Positions 62,558 to 64,000 of a stretch of DNA of 64,000 bases are shown here, piece after piece. The stretch lies in assembly GCA_036172245.1 (NCBI GenBank), contig JAYWIR010000021.1, forward strand, positions 2,976,001-3,040,000. Reading direction: 5' to 3'. Source of the stretch: Raillietiella orientalis (lineage: Eukaryota). Within the stretch, counting starts at the first letter, position 1; every line of letters starts with the position of its first letter. Both the position numbers and the translations under genes were made by a program. The notes under the pieces were generated by a model. That model saw nothing but the letters and a program-made list of their open reading frames with translations, was not told where the DNA came from and did not search any database.

Positions 62558-64000
62558 CTTCCAAATTTCAAAGTTGGCTCGAAAATTGGCCGAAAACACC
62601 CTTGCTTACAATGTCTTCAAAGCCCTACTTGGTCTGCAGCTCGAAAGCGGCGAGCACACGGTCACGTGCACGCAGGCAAACCTGCAACTTGAAACAGGAA
62701 CTTCAAGAGTTCATAAACCACAAGCCTGCAGCATCAGTTTCCCTGTTTCCACGATCTCACAACTTTCTTGTTCCCTCACTTTGCATGATTGTCTCGTGCT
62801 TTCATGCGATGAGCTTTTCATTTCTGCAAACAAGTTGTGCACTTGGAACCACGCATGCCCCCCGCACAAGAGTGCACTCAAACACGGAACGCGAGTCGCA
62901 ACACCTCCCATCGACCTTGATGGAATTCCAAGAAAATTAAGTAAAGCTAAGTAAGCTAGGGGAAGAACACAGTTCCGTTTCCGGATCTTAGCATTTCCCT
63001 TCGTAAGAAACACCTCACAAAGGTGAGCTAGTATTCTTAACCAAGATACACAGATTTGTAAACAGCTAGTACTCATCACATCCCTTGCCCTAGTATTGGA
63101 TTCATTATCCTGAGAACATAAGAAACAGAGAAACGACGTTCATTTCGATAATTTCTTCTGCAGTACTAGCCCAATGACACGAACAGTTTTCACGGAAACA
63201 TCAATTACTCTACACCTCCGTAGTAAATAATGTCAACTTAAAATGTCCACTATAGTGACTGCCTCCGAAGTCTGTTTTGCCTCAAAAAGCACTCGCATTT
63301 TGTATTCTAAAAAAATAATTGCTATGAATATTCTTAATATTGGATGTCTATGTGCTTCGTAGTAGGGAAACATCATCAGAAGAAATCAACCGTAGTGCAA
63401 CATAGAACCAATCAAAATAATAATTTTCTCATCAAGGCAGTAGTTCTCAGTTATGTGTTAAGGTTAAACGTGGAAAACATAAATGACAGGTGTGGTTTGA
63501 TTGGGGGGAATAAAATTCATAAAGAGAAAATACTTCCTGAAAACAGCGTTTCATTCACTGAAATATTTGATATATTAGACCAATTAATAAATCAAAGTTC
63601 AAATCGGAAAGGATTATTTACAAAACTGAACTTAAGTGATGTTTGCTGAACAAAATAGATCCCTATATAATATTCATTCACAACTCAAAAATATATGCCT
63701 ATATATCATTAAGCTATTAATAAATGAACATCTGAAGAAATCTTGGAATTCATTTACACACTCTAGTACATGCAAAGAAATTTACTGATACTTGGAAAGA
63801 ACAGCAACAAAATCACTGACTCAAAAAATGAAAGCTATTAATAAATCAGTCAATAATTTTCCATAAGATGCAAATCTTAATTCGAACAAATTTGCTGTTT
63901 TTGCAGCAAGAACAGTTTCCGACTCTGAAAAACAAAATAGCGCGTAACTTTACTAATTGCAACCTTGTTTGGTGTACCAACAGCTATGTCATCCAAAAAT

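Noticed and set aside
62574..63079. Overlapping 110-126-aa ORFs upstream of MRPL28
   Set aside because: No recognisable domain; more simply the GC-richer promoter region of MRPL28.
1..64000. CRISPR arrays, operons, rRNA or tRNA genes, telomeric arrays
   Set aside because: The sequence is intron-containing animal DNA. I saw no repeat-spacer array, tRNA cloverleaf with A/B boxes, rRNA motif or TTAGG array by eye; a covariance-model scan was not possible.

Overview
Eukaryotic (animal) genomic DNA with spliceosomal GT-AG introns; the proteins look arthropod-like, and no prokaryotic features are evident. The first ~20-23 kb is visibly GC-richer and mostly non-coding or TE-like. It holds one 4-exon gene for a four-TM LAPTM/DUF4728-like protein (- strand), whose last two exons lie between two ~445-bp, ~99%-identical inverted repeats. 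The AT-rich remainder carries five housekeeping genes that I could splice by hand: PICALM/AP180 (-), TMEM258 (+), Twinkle mtDNA helicase (-), phosphorylase kinase alpha (+) and MRPL28 (-). There is also a 5'-truncated L1/Tx1-type retrotransposon with a 14-bp target-site duplication, and an unexplained GC-rich, hairpin-dense block upstream of PHKA. The most notable observations are the exon-enclosing inverted repeat, a 19-codon uORF plus a start-stop element in the PICALM leader, pervasive 39-50-nt introns, the structured block at 46.3-46.6 kb, and two tightly convergent gene pairs. I cannot show from sequence alone that any of these is a new biological system. Exon borders were read by eye and need transcript confirmation.
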